A stretch of DNA of 64,000 nucleotides from NCBI GenBank assembly GCA_024224415.1, contig JAAENK010000087.1, forward strand, positions 356-64,355, written 5' to 3'. Positions 9,700-17,597 of this stretch are shown here, one piece after another (the stretch's first letter is position 1; the number at the start of each line of letters is the position of its first letter). The notes beneath the pieces are model-generated. The model was not told the origin of the DNA. It saw nothing but the letters and a program-made list of their open reading frames with translations, and did not search any database. The stretch is from Gammaproteobacteria bacterium. Lineage in GTDB: Bacteria; Pseudomonadota; Gammaproteobacteria; GCA-001735895. The position numbers were made by a program, and so were the translations under genes.

Positions 9700-11516
9700 G
9701 CTTCCTCGACGACGAAATCCTCGATTTCAGTTAGAAATGCTTTACCAAAGCGTTGCAGTTTTTTCTCACCAACACCACCGATTTCCGACAATTGTTCGAT
9801 ATCAAGTGGTTGAATGGCAGCCATTTCGTGCAGCGTTTTATCGTGGAAAATAACATAAGGCGGTACATCGTTTTCATCCGCCAGCGATTTTCGTAATTTT
9901 CGCAGGCGTTCGAATAATGGTTGGTTGGTCTGCTCGATAACGATACGTTTGGAACCGCGTCGAGTCTTGCTGCTGGATTCGCTCACTTCGCGTAAGTGCA
10001 GGCTTTCGTCGCCGCTAAGTAAAGGCCTGGCAAGCTGGGTGAGGCGTAAGCCACCGTGTAAATCGGCATCACTTTCCAGGTAGGCAAACGCCAGCAATTG
10101 TCGAAACAGGCTACGCCATTGTTTGTTGCTTAAATCCTGACCTATACCCCAGGTGCTGATCCGATGGTGGCCATTGCGTTCGATGCGTTCGTCGGTTTTA
10201 CCGAGCAGGATATCGACCACATAGTTGATGCCGAAACGTTGTCCGGTGCGGTAAACGCAGGAAAGCGCCTTGCGCGCGGCTTCTGTCGCATTCCAGGTGC
10301 TCGGCGGCTGCAGGCAGTTATCGCAGTGCTTGCAGGGTTGCTCCATAACTTCGTCGAAATAAGCCAGCAATGTCTGGCGTCGGCAACCAACCTGCTCGCA
10401 TAAACCCAGCATTGCCTCGAGCTTTTGATGTTGCTGGATTTTGTACCCTTCGTGGGCCTCGCTTTGCTGATTCACCATGCGCAGGTTTATGACATCCTGA
10501 ATGCCGTAAGCCAACCAGGCATTAGCGGGCTGACCATCCCGCCCGGCGCGTCCGGTTTCCTGGTAGTAGGCTTCAATGGTACGCGGCATATTCAAATGCG
10601 CGACAAACCGCACATCAGGTTTGTCTATACCCATGCCGAAGGCAATTGTAGCAACAATGATAACGCCTTCTTCAACCAGGAAGCGGTTTTGGTGCAAGGC
10701 ACGTTGCTGGTTGCTCATGCCGGCGTGATAAGGCAGGGCGATGCGACCCTTCGCAGCCAGCCAGTCGGCTACCGATTCGACATTCTTGCGCGACAGGCAG
10801 TACACGATGCCGGCGTCATTCTCATGATTGTCCTCGATAAATTGCCACAGGCGCTGGCGATTGCTTTGCCCCTCGCTGATACGATAAAAAATATTCGGTC
10901 GATCAAAACTATTTACAAACCTGCTAGCATTTTGCAGACCTAGTTGTTGCACGATTTCGTCGCGGGTGCGACGGTCAGCGGTAGCGGTTAAAGCAATGCG
11001 TGGTACCTGTGGAAAAGTTTCGTGTAATACTTTCAGACGCAGGTAATCGGCACGAAAATCATGCCCCCATTGCGATACGCAGTGTGCTTCGTCGATGGCG
11101 AAAAGTGCGATTCTTATATTGCTCAGCAAGCTGAAGAAGTCACCGGTATTGAGCCGTTCCGGGGAGACGTAAAGCAAATCCAGATTTTCATCGCGTAATA
11201 ACTGTTCAACTACTTGACGTGCTTCAAAAGTTTGCGACGAATTCAGGAACGAGGCACGTATGCCAAGAGTGTTGAGTGCATTGACCTGGTCCTGCATCAG
11301 CGCAATTAGCGGCGAGATAACAATGCCGACACCATCGCGCAGCATTGAGGGTATCTGGTAACAAACCGATTTACCGCCACCAGTAGGCATGAGCACTAGC
11401 GCATCGCCGCCGTTGATCAAAGTCTGTACTATTTCGGCCTGCCTGAATCGAAACTGGTCATAGCCGAAATGTGATTTGAGAGCTTCCAGCGCAGCGTCGC
11501 AGACCTCAGCCTGCAT
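9696..11516 (-). CDS. recQ: ATP-dependent DNA helicase RecQ
   Basis: Blocks FGYDQFRFRQAEIV, MPTGGGKSVCYQIP, DEAHCVSQWGHDFR, a zinc-binding region and a C-terminal HRDC-like region. The start was trimmed to MQAEV by analogy with E. coli RecQ, which begins MAQAEV. The track start at 11597 would overlap the upstream gene by 92 nt. Confidence 0.93.
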   Translation of the reverse strand: MQAEVCDAALEALKSHFGYDQFRFRQAEIVQTLINGGDALVLMPTGGGKSVCYQIPSMLRDGVGIVISPLIALMQDQVNALNTLGIRASFLNSSQTFEARQVVEQLLRDENLDLLYVSPERLNTGDFFSLLSNIRIALFAIDEAHCVSQWGHDFRADYLRLKVLHETFPQVPRIALTATADRRTRDEIVQQLGLQNASRFVNSFDRPNIFYRISEGQSNRQRLWQFIEDNHENDAGIVYCLSRKNVESVADWLAAKGRIALPYHAGMSNQQRALHQNRFLVEEGVIIVATIAFGMGIDKPDVRFVAHLNMPRTIEAYYQETGRAGRDGQPANAWLAYGIQDVINLRMVNQQSEAHEGYKIQQHQKLEAMLGLCEQVGCRRQTLLAYFDEVMEQPCKHCDNCLQPPSTWNATEAARKALSCVYRTGQRFGINYVVDILLGKTDERIERNGHHRISTWGIGQDLSNKQWRSLFRQLLAFAYLESDADLHGGLRLTQLARPLLSGDESLHLREVSESSSKTRRGSKRIVIEQTNQPLFERLRKLRKSLADENDVPPYVIFHDKTLHEMAAIQPLDIEQLSEIGGVGEKKLQRFGKAFLTEIEDFVVEEA

Positions 11517-12966
11517 TCGATTCAGCCAGTGCATCGGCAACGACTTTGCCCAGAGTGGCGATTGCGGTTTCGTTCGCCTCGTCCCAGGGGAAGCCACAGT
11601 TGATGCGTAGATAATTTTTAAAGCGGCGGGTCGCGGAAAAAAGAATGCCGGGGGTTACACCAATGTTGTGCTGCAATGCCTGGTTGAATATCTCGATGCA
11701 GTTGCAACCACGTGGCAGCTCCACCCAGAGTACATTGCCACCCTGTGGCTTTGAAATACAGGTTCCTTCCGGGAAGCTTTTAGAAATCATGAAACGTCCT
11801 TTTTCTACCTGTTCGCGCATGGCTTTGCGCAACCGTACCAGATGACGTTCGTATTGACCACTACTTAGGAATTCCGCCATGGCGAGCTGGTTAACCGATG
11901 AAGTAGCCGAAAAAGTCGCCTGTTTCAGCTCACGAACCTTGTCTTTATAGCGACCAGCGAGCACCCAGCCGATGCGATATCCGGGGGCCAGCGATTTGGA
12001 AAAAGAAGAGCAACTCAAAACCAGGTTATTAAGGTCGTAAGACTTCGCGGCTCGCGGCGCCTTGTCGCCAAAATAGACACTGCCATATACATCATCCTCG
12101 ATCATTGGAATATCACGCTCGGCAAGCATGGTCACCAGTTCACGTTTGTGTTCTTCCGGCATCAGACAGCCCAGAGGGTTACTGATATTCGGTGAGGCCA
12201 GTACGGCTTTTATGTCCATCGTGTCGAAGGCCTCTTGCAGTGCTTCCAGGCTCATGCCGGTTACCGGGTCGGTATCGATTTCGAGCGCAAGCATGCCCAT
12301 TTTTTCGATCAGCCTTAAAACTGCAAAATAGGTTGGCGATTCCACCGCAATGATGTCGCCACGTTTAGCTACTGTTTGCAGTGACAGGGATAAAGCTTCG
12401 GTGGCCCCGGAAGTGATGATGACATCTTCAGCTGACACCCAGCTGCTGCTGTGCCTGTACAGCAGGGCGATTTGCTCGCGCAACTTGCGATCACCCGGTG
12501 GAAAGCAATAATCCATGCACCTCTTAGGGTAGCGCGTAATAATACTCTTAGTGGCTTTGGTCAGTGATTTGACCGGCATAAATTCCATTGATGGTTTGGA
12601 GGTGCCAAATGGAATTATGCGTGGATTATCGGCATTGCTAAAAATTTCTTCAAACAATTCACCAAAACGCACTTTGCGTGGCTGGTTCGAAGTCGCTGCG
12701 GCTTTGGGGATATCGTTAATCTGTCCGGCATGCGCATTGACGAAGAAACCGGATTGCGGTTTGGCATTTAGTACACCCTGATCTTCCAGATTCAGGTATG
12801 ATTGTGAGACAGTTGCGATACTAACTCCCAGTTGCTTGCTCAACTTGCGCAAAGAGGGTGCTTTATCACCTGGCTTGAGATTGCCTTTTTCAATTAAATC
12901 ATTGATATAGCGCGAAACCTGGTCGTATTTAAAGGATTCAACTTGTGGTTGCATCAAAACTGTCAT
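11506..12966 (-). CDS. MocR/GabR-type transcriptional regulator (GntR wHTH fused to a fold-type I aminotransferase-like domain)
   Basis: 486 aa. The N-terminal GntR HTH (LPSLRKLSKQLGVSIATVSQSY) is followed by an aminotransferase-like domain containing SFSKSLAPGYRIGW, the PLP-lysine context. Confidence 0.85.
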   Translation of the reverse strand: MTVLMQPQVESFKYDQVSRYINDLIEKGNLKPGDKAPSLRKLSKQLGVSIATVSQSYLNLEDQGVLNAKPQSGFFVNAHAGQINDIPKAAATSNQPRKVRFGELFEEIFSNADNPRIIPFGTSKPSMEFMPVKSLTKATKSIITRYPKRCMDYCFPPGDRKLREQIALLYRHSSSWVSAEDVIITSGATEALSLSLQTVAKRGDIIAVESPTYFAVLRLIEKMGMLALEIDTDPVTGMSLEALQEAFDTMDIKAVLASPNISNPLGCLMPEEHKRELVTMLAERDIPMIEDDVYGSVYFGDKAPRAAKSYDLNNLVLSCSSFSKSLAPGYRIGWVLAGRYKDKVRELKQATFSATSSVNQLAMAEFLSSGQYERHLVRLRKAMREQVEKGRFMISKSFPEGTCISKPQGGNVLWVELPRGCNCIEIFNQALQHNIGVTPGILFSATRRFKNYLRINCGFPWDEANETAIATLGKVVADALAESNAG

Positions 12967-12974
12967 GGTTTTAA

Positions 12975-13026
12975 GTAACTGTATTGTAAGAAAAGCGTGA
13001 AAATTGTAACTGTTATTATAACAGTT
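12975..13026. promoter_or_regulatory. Candidate operator: two direct GTAACTGT(A/T) repeats 31 bp apart, plus the perfect palindrome AACTGTTAT-T-ATAACAGTT
   Basis: GTAACTGTA lies at 12975, GTAACTGTT at 13006 and the palindrome at 13008-13026. All sit 9-60 nt upstream of the MocR start. MocR/GabR regulators are known to bind spaced repeats. Confidence 0.3.
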
Positions 13027-13113
13027 TTCGCTTTATTATTTAAACATTACTGCTCCGGCAGTAACGAAGGAAGTTAAAACCCCCTCCTCCTCCTCAGGTT
13101 TTGACTTATTATT

Positions 13114-13147
13114 AACCACTTGGTCGTGAGATCGAGTGGTTTTTTTT
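13114..13147 (+). terminator. Rho-independent terminator-like hairpin, possibly bidirectional
   Basis: CCACTTGGTC-GTGA-GATCGAGTGG forms a 10-bp stem (2 G-U pairs) with a tetraloop, followed by T8 on the + strand. On the - strand an A8 tract precedes the hairpin and UUAAUAAU follows. It lies 33 nt downstream of the mttB stop. Confidence 0.5.
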
Positions 13148-13179
13148 GCCCAGACAAATTCTGACCTCACCCAAAACCC

Positions 13180-14712
13180 TCAATGACCCACTTCACGCCC
13201 AATCTCTTCCTTACGATGCGCCATATAAGCCTGTAACTCTTCTTCAATAGCCGCATCAATTGGTGGCTTTTGATACTCATGCAAAACCTGTTTCCATATA
13301 GCGTTAGCGCGTTGCGTAGCCGATTTGGCTCCGTCCTCCTGCCATGATTCGAAGTTTCGCCAGTCGGATAGCATGGGTTGGTAAAATGCATCCTGATAAC
13401 GCTCCATGGTGTGCGCCGCACCAAAGAAGTGTCCACCGTGTCCTACTTCGGCAATTGCATCGATGCCGAGGCTATCAGCATCGGTGTTGACTGGTTCCAG
13501 GAATGCGGCCTGCATTTGTAGCAGCTCGGCGTCAAGGATTAGCTTTTCGAAAGAGCAGGTTAGTCCACCTTCGAGCCAGCCACCGGCCTGCATTATGTTA
13601 TTAACATGCGCCTGGATACAGGCATTAATCGACATGTTACTTTCGTAACTTGCCTGCAAATCAACACAGCACGATGCAGTGGTGCTTGAGGAGCGCAAGG
13701 GCAGTTCATAGCGACGTGCGAGTTGCCCGGAGATAATCACCGACTGGGCATATTCGGGGGTGCCAAAGGCCGGTGAGCCGGTGCGCATATCGACGTTTGA
13801 GGTGAAGTGTCCGTAAAAGGTTGGCGCGCCACGAGCAGCTGCTTGCGTGAGGGCAATACAGCCAAGTGCTTCGGCATTTTGTTGTGTTACTGCACCGGCT
13901 ACTGTGGCAGGTGCCATCGCTCCTGCCAGGGTGAAAGGCGTGATATGAACGGGTTGACCAGCTGCGGCAAATTCACGCATACCATCGGCCTGTCCTTCGT
14001 CCAGTACTAATGGAGAATTTGTATTTAAGCCACCGATGATTCCAGGTTTCTGTTTCAAACCTTCATCGTCTGTCTGCAAGGCAATCTTGATCATTTCGAT
14101 ACAGTCACGTGCGCGTTTGCCAGTATCCAGCCAGCTGGGTTGCCAGCCTTTGTCGGTGAGGGTGATCTGTGCATACATCATGTCGAGGTGACGGCTATCG
14201 GGGGGTAAATCCAGTGGTTCCAGTCCACTGCCGCCATCGTGATGGAAGATATTCAGCGCTCCCACCAGCTTGATAAAATTTTCCATATCCTGCCTGTTAC
14301 CGGCACGCCTGCCCAGATCAAGATCAGAGACAAAAGAAGGCCCACAGACACTGGCGAATATGAGTGAATCGCCACCCAGATGAACATTTTTTGCCGGGTT
14401 TCTGGCGTGGATGGTGAACTCTGAGGGAATTCCCGTGAGTAGTTCCTCGATTAAATCGGGGTCAAAACGTACCAGCCCGGTATCATGATCGACATCGGCT
14501 CGCAGGTCGGTGAGTAAATTGAGAGCAGTTTTACTTTCGACACGCAACCCAATATCTCTCAGAATGGTCAGGCTAGCCTGGTGAATGGTTTCCAGTTGAT
14601 CGGTGGAAATAATCTCCATTGGTTTAAATGGATTGCGCAAGGCTTTAAACGGTAGCTGGGTGAAACCCCGGGCGCTACGCCTGGAATGTCTTTTATTACG
14701 ACGGATGGACAT
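13180..14712 (-). CDS. Trimethylamine methyltransferase (MttB) superfamily protein, non-pyrrolysine type
   Basis: 510 aa. The N-terminus RRNKRHSRRSARG...LPFKALRNPFKPMEIISTDQLETIHQASLTILRDIGL and the overall length are typical of COG5598 MttB homologs. The ORF is uninterrupted, with no in-frame TAG. Confidence 0.8.
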   Translation of the reverse strand: MSIRRNKRHSRRSARGFTQLPFKALRNPFKPMEIISTDQLETIHQASLTILRDIGLRVESKTALNLLTDLRADVDHDTGLVRFDPDLIEELLTGIPSEFTIHARNPAKNVHLGGDSLIFASVCGPSFVSDLDLGRRAGNRQDMENFIKLVGALNIFHHDGGSGLEPLDLPPDSRHLDMMYAQITLTDKGWQPSWLDTGKRARDCIEMIKIALQTDDEGLKQKPGIIGGLNTNSPLVLDEGQADGMREFAAAGQPVHITPFTLAGAMAPATVAGAVTQQNAEALGCIALTQAAARGAPTFYGHFTSNVDMRTGSPAFGTPEYAQSVIISGQLARRYELPLRSSSTTASCCVDLQASYESNMSINACIQAHVNNIMQAGGWLEGGLTCSFEKLILDAELLQMQAAFLEPVNTDADSLGIDAIAEVGHGGHFFGAAHTMERYQDAFYQPMLSDWRNFESWQEDGAKSATQRANAIWKQVLHEYQKPPIDAAIEEELQAYMAHRKEEIGREVGH

Positions 14713-14715
14713 GTT

Positions 14716-17133
14716 TCAAGCTCTCATTTTTGACCCGGAAGGATCGTATAACACTTCGGTTTCCAGCATGGCTGGTCGCAATTGCCCTAGTACTTCGACC
14801 TGGTATTGACCGCCGCATTGATATGCCTGGTAATCGATATAAGCAAGCGCAATATGTTTCTCGGTAGCTGAGCCGAATCCACCGGAAGTGACATAACCAG
14901 CTACTTCTCCATCGAGAAATACTGCTTCAACACCCCAGATAGCGCAGTCACCGGCATCCACCGTCAGGCAGGCATATTTCTCGCGTGGTGGGGGGTAAGC
15001 AAGTACGGCATCTCGTCCAATGAAATCACCTTTATCGAGATTAATGAATCGATCAAGTTCAGTTTCCTGTGCCGTGTAGTCGAGTGATAACTCAAGCCCC
15101 CAGGCAGGGAAGCTTTTTTCCAGACGGGTATGCATTAATGCGCGTGTGCCAACCAGCCCAAGGCCATGTCCTGCACCCTCGCGATAAAGTAAATCGAATA
15201 ACGCGAGCTGTTTGTCCATCGGCAGATACATTTCGTAGCCGGTTTCACCGGTAAACGAAACCCGCATTAATATGACCCCGGTAATGTCACCAATCGTAGT
15301 TTCCGTGACGGACATGAAGGGGAAGTGATTTGTATCCAGGTCGCTGTCACTTAATCGTGATATCAAAGCCTGCGCCAGGGGGCCGCAAATATGTAGCCCT
15401 GCATGACTGTGAGAAAGGTTTTTCAAATCGACGCCGCTGGCTGGCAGACTGGCATTGAAATAACGCATAAATGCGAGTTGCATAGTGTCAGCACCAAATA
15501 ATAGAAACCTGGATTTGCTGAGTCTTGCGATAGAGAAATCTCCCGCCAGGTGCCCACGCGGGGTTAGCATTGGTGAAAGTGTCATCCGCCCCGGGCGAGG
15601 CATTTTGTTGGCCATAATGTAGTTGAGCCAGTTTTCAGCTGCTGGCCCCGAAACTTCGAACTTGGCCATTGCAGAGAATTCCATTAAACCCAGTTCATTA
15701 CGGATACGTTTGCCTTCGTCTATAACAGGCTGCCACCAATTGGGTTGACGATAGCTCAGGGTGTCTTTTGCCTTGCTGCCAGAAGGCGCATACCAGTTGG
15801 CGTGTTCCATACCAAATGATGAGCCAAACACTGCGTTAGCCTGTTGCAATCGGTGGTAAACTGCTGGCTTATAGATTGGGCGTCCCACTTCGAATTCCTG
15901 GGCGGGATAAATTTTCTCGGAGCGATTCTCATAAAAATATCGTGTGGTCTTTGCGGTATAGGATTTATCTGCCCAGCCGCCGAAACGTGCTACATCCCAG
16001 CAAAAGATATCGACTTCTGGCTCACCCTGAATTATCCATTCGGCGAGTACCCGACCAATTCCTGCGCCCTGGTTAAAACCTGCCATTACGCCATTCGCAC
16101 AAAAGTAATTGCGTAGTGCCGGGTGAGGGCCGATCAGTGGGCCGAGATCGGGTGAGAATATCATTGGCCCGTTGATGATACGCTTGATGCCAGCTTCGGC
16201 CAGGCAGGGCATTAACTCTACTGACTTTTCAAAATTCCATTCCATTCTTGATAAGTCATCTGGTAATAACTCATGTCCGAAATCGAGTGGTGTGCCTTTT
16301 GTAGCCCAGTGGGTGCAGCTTTGCTCGTAGGCGCCAAGCAATAAACCCATGCCTTCCTGCCGCGCGTAGCAACCGGTTTCATTGTCGTTGATTTGTGGTA
16401 ATTCAAACCCCAGGTCTTCGATCACTGGCAAGGCCTCGGTAACCAGATAGTGATGCTCAACTGGTATAAGTGGCAGCTCGATGTTCGCCATCGCGGCAAC
16501 TTCGCGTCCCCATAAGCCGGCTGCATTGACGATATATTCGGCGTGAATAGCACCTTTTTCGGTGTCGATATCCCAACTGCCATCGCTGCGTTGACGGGTT
16601 GCAGTTACCGGGTTATGTCGATAGATCTCGGCACCCAGCTTTCTTGCTGCGGCAGCGAAAGCCTGCGTTGCTGATGCAGGATCGACGTGACCACCTTCCT
16701 CCTCCCAGAGTGCGGCAATCATTTGTGAAGGGTCGAGTATGGGGACTTTTTGTTGTGCTTCTTCGGGTGAAATAAAGTAACTTTCGATACCCAGTCTCCG
16801 GCAGGCAGATTGCATCATCGCGTTACTATCGACTTCATCCTGTGTGCGGCAGATATTGATACCGCCGGTAAAATGAAATCCGCAGGACTGCCCGCTTTGT
16901 TCTTCAATCTCGCTATAAGTCTGAAAACCGTAACGATGTATTTCAGCCGCAGCAGCAGGTCGGGTAATTGTGAAAAGGCCACCTGCCGCATGCCAGCTCG
17001 AGCCCGAAGTGAGTTCCGTACGCTCGACCAATACAACATCGATCCAGCCATTTTTTGCGAGATGATAAAGCACCGAACAACCCACGATACCGCCACCAAT
17101 AACAACCACCTGTGCTGAACTTTTCATTAACAT
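14716..17133 (-). CDS. Dimethylglycine/sarcosine dehydrogenase-type enzyme (N-terminal FAD DAO domain plus C-terminal GcvT folate-binding domain)
   Basis: 805 aa. Carries the dinucleotide fold VVVIGGGIVGCSVLYHLAKNGW and a C-terminal aminomethyltransferase-like region (GYVTSGGFG). The length fits DMGDH/SARDH. Confidence 0.82.
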   Translation of the reverse strand: MLMKSSAQVVVIGGGIVGCSVLYHLAKNGWIDVVLVERTELTSGSSWHAAGGLFTITRPAAAAEIHRYGFQTYSEIEEQSGQSCGFHFTGGINICRTQDEVDSNAMMQSACRRLGIESYFISPEEAQQKVPILDPSQMIAALWEEEGGHVDPASATQAFAAAARKLGAEIYRHNPVTATRQRSDGSWDIDTEKGAIHAEYIVNAAGLWGREVAAMANIELPLIPVEHHYLVTEALPVIEDLGFELPQINDNETGCYARQEGMGLLLGAYEQSCTHWATKGTPLDFGHELLPDDLSRMEWNFEKSVELMPCLAEAGIKRIINGPMIFSPDLGPLIGPHPALRNYFCANGVMAGFNQGAGIGRVLAEWIIQGEPEVDIFCWDVARFGGWADKSYTAKTTRYFYENRSEKIYPAQEFEVGRPIYKPAVYHRLQQANAVFGSSFGMEHANWYAPSGSKAKDTLSYRQPNWWQPVIDEGKRIRNELGLMEFSAMAKFEVSGPAAENWLNYIMANKMPRPGRMTLSPMLTPRGHLAGDFSIARLSKSRFLLFGADTMQLAFMRYFNASLPASGVDLKNLSHSHAGLHICGPLAQALISRLSDSDLDTNHFPFMSVTETTIGDITGVILMRVSFTGETGYEMYLPMDKQLALFDLLYREGAGHGLGLVGTRALMHTRLEKSFPAWGLELSLDYTAQETELDRFINLDKGDFIGRDAVLAYPPPREKYACLTVDAGDCAIWGVEAVFLDGEVAGYVTSGGFGSATEKHIALAYIDYQAYQCGGQYQVEVLGQLRPAMLETEVLYDPSGSKMRA

Positions 17134-17597
17134 CGGGTCTCCAGAAGTTGCAGGAATTCGGTGAATGAGTGAGCATAACTACGCTCCACCAGAAGCCAGA
17201 TATCAGTATTACTATGCCGCCAGATTATCACCTGATAGTGTCCAATGTTAGTACGGATTATCTGCTGATTACTAATATCCGCCGAACTATGATCGTTGAG
17301 GAATGCCAGCGCATTCTCTCCACATAAATTCAAGGTAGAAAAACCATGGGAGATGTCGGTAACCATCGACACGAATTCTTCGGTAGACGGTGGCAGTTCT
17401 ATCTGGTCTGATAACAGGTAAGCAGCATCGGGCCAAAGCTGAAACATATGATGATTTTCGCTGCTTATCACCTCGCCAAAACTAATGGCTTGCCTGAAAA
17501 GTCTGTCGGCAAAGTCATTGAGATGGTAATCGGCATTCGCGTGAACCGACCAGAGTCCACCAAATGTTACCGGCTTTATGGTTACGGATTTATTCAT
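17127..17597 (-). CDS. soxG: Sarcosine oxidase gamma subunit-like protein
   Basis: It occupies the expected position after soxA and has the expected size (about 156 aa from MNKSV). It overlaps the soxA stop by 8 nt. Sequence conservation in this family is weak, so the call is mostly positional. Confidence 0.65.
   Translation of the reverse strand: MNKSVTIKPVTFGGLWSVHANADYHLNDFADRLFRQAISFGEVISSENHHMFQLWPDAAYLLSDQIELPPSTEEFVSMVTDISHGFSTLNLCGENALAFLNDHSSADISNQQIIRTNIGHYQVIIWRHSNTDIWLLVERSYAHSFTEFLQLLETRC

Noticed and set aside
11517-11597. Upstream extensions of several track ORFs: recQ to 11597, yheS from 7798, pilU from 23405, the aminotransferase to 25934, the nitrilase-family gene from 51402, the aminopeptidase to 53750 and GFA from 40305.
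   Set aside because: Homolog N-termini, signal peptide or lipobox positions, or Shine-Dalgarno sequences support internal starts. The extensions overlap neighbouring genes or add non-conserved sequence.
13180-14712. An in-frame amber (pyrrolysine) codon in the MttB homolog.
   Set aside because: The ORF is continuous for 510 codons with no internal TAG, and no pyl genes were seen. This is the non-Pyl branch of the family.
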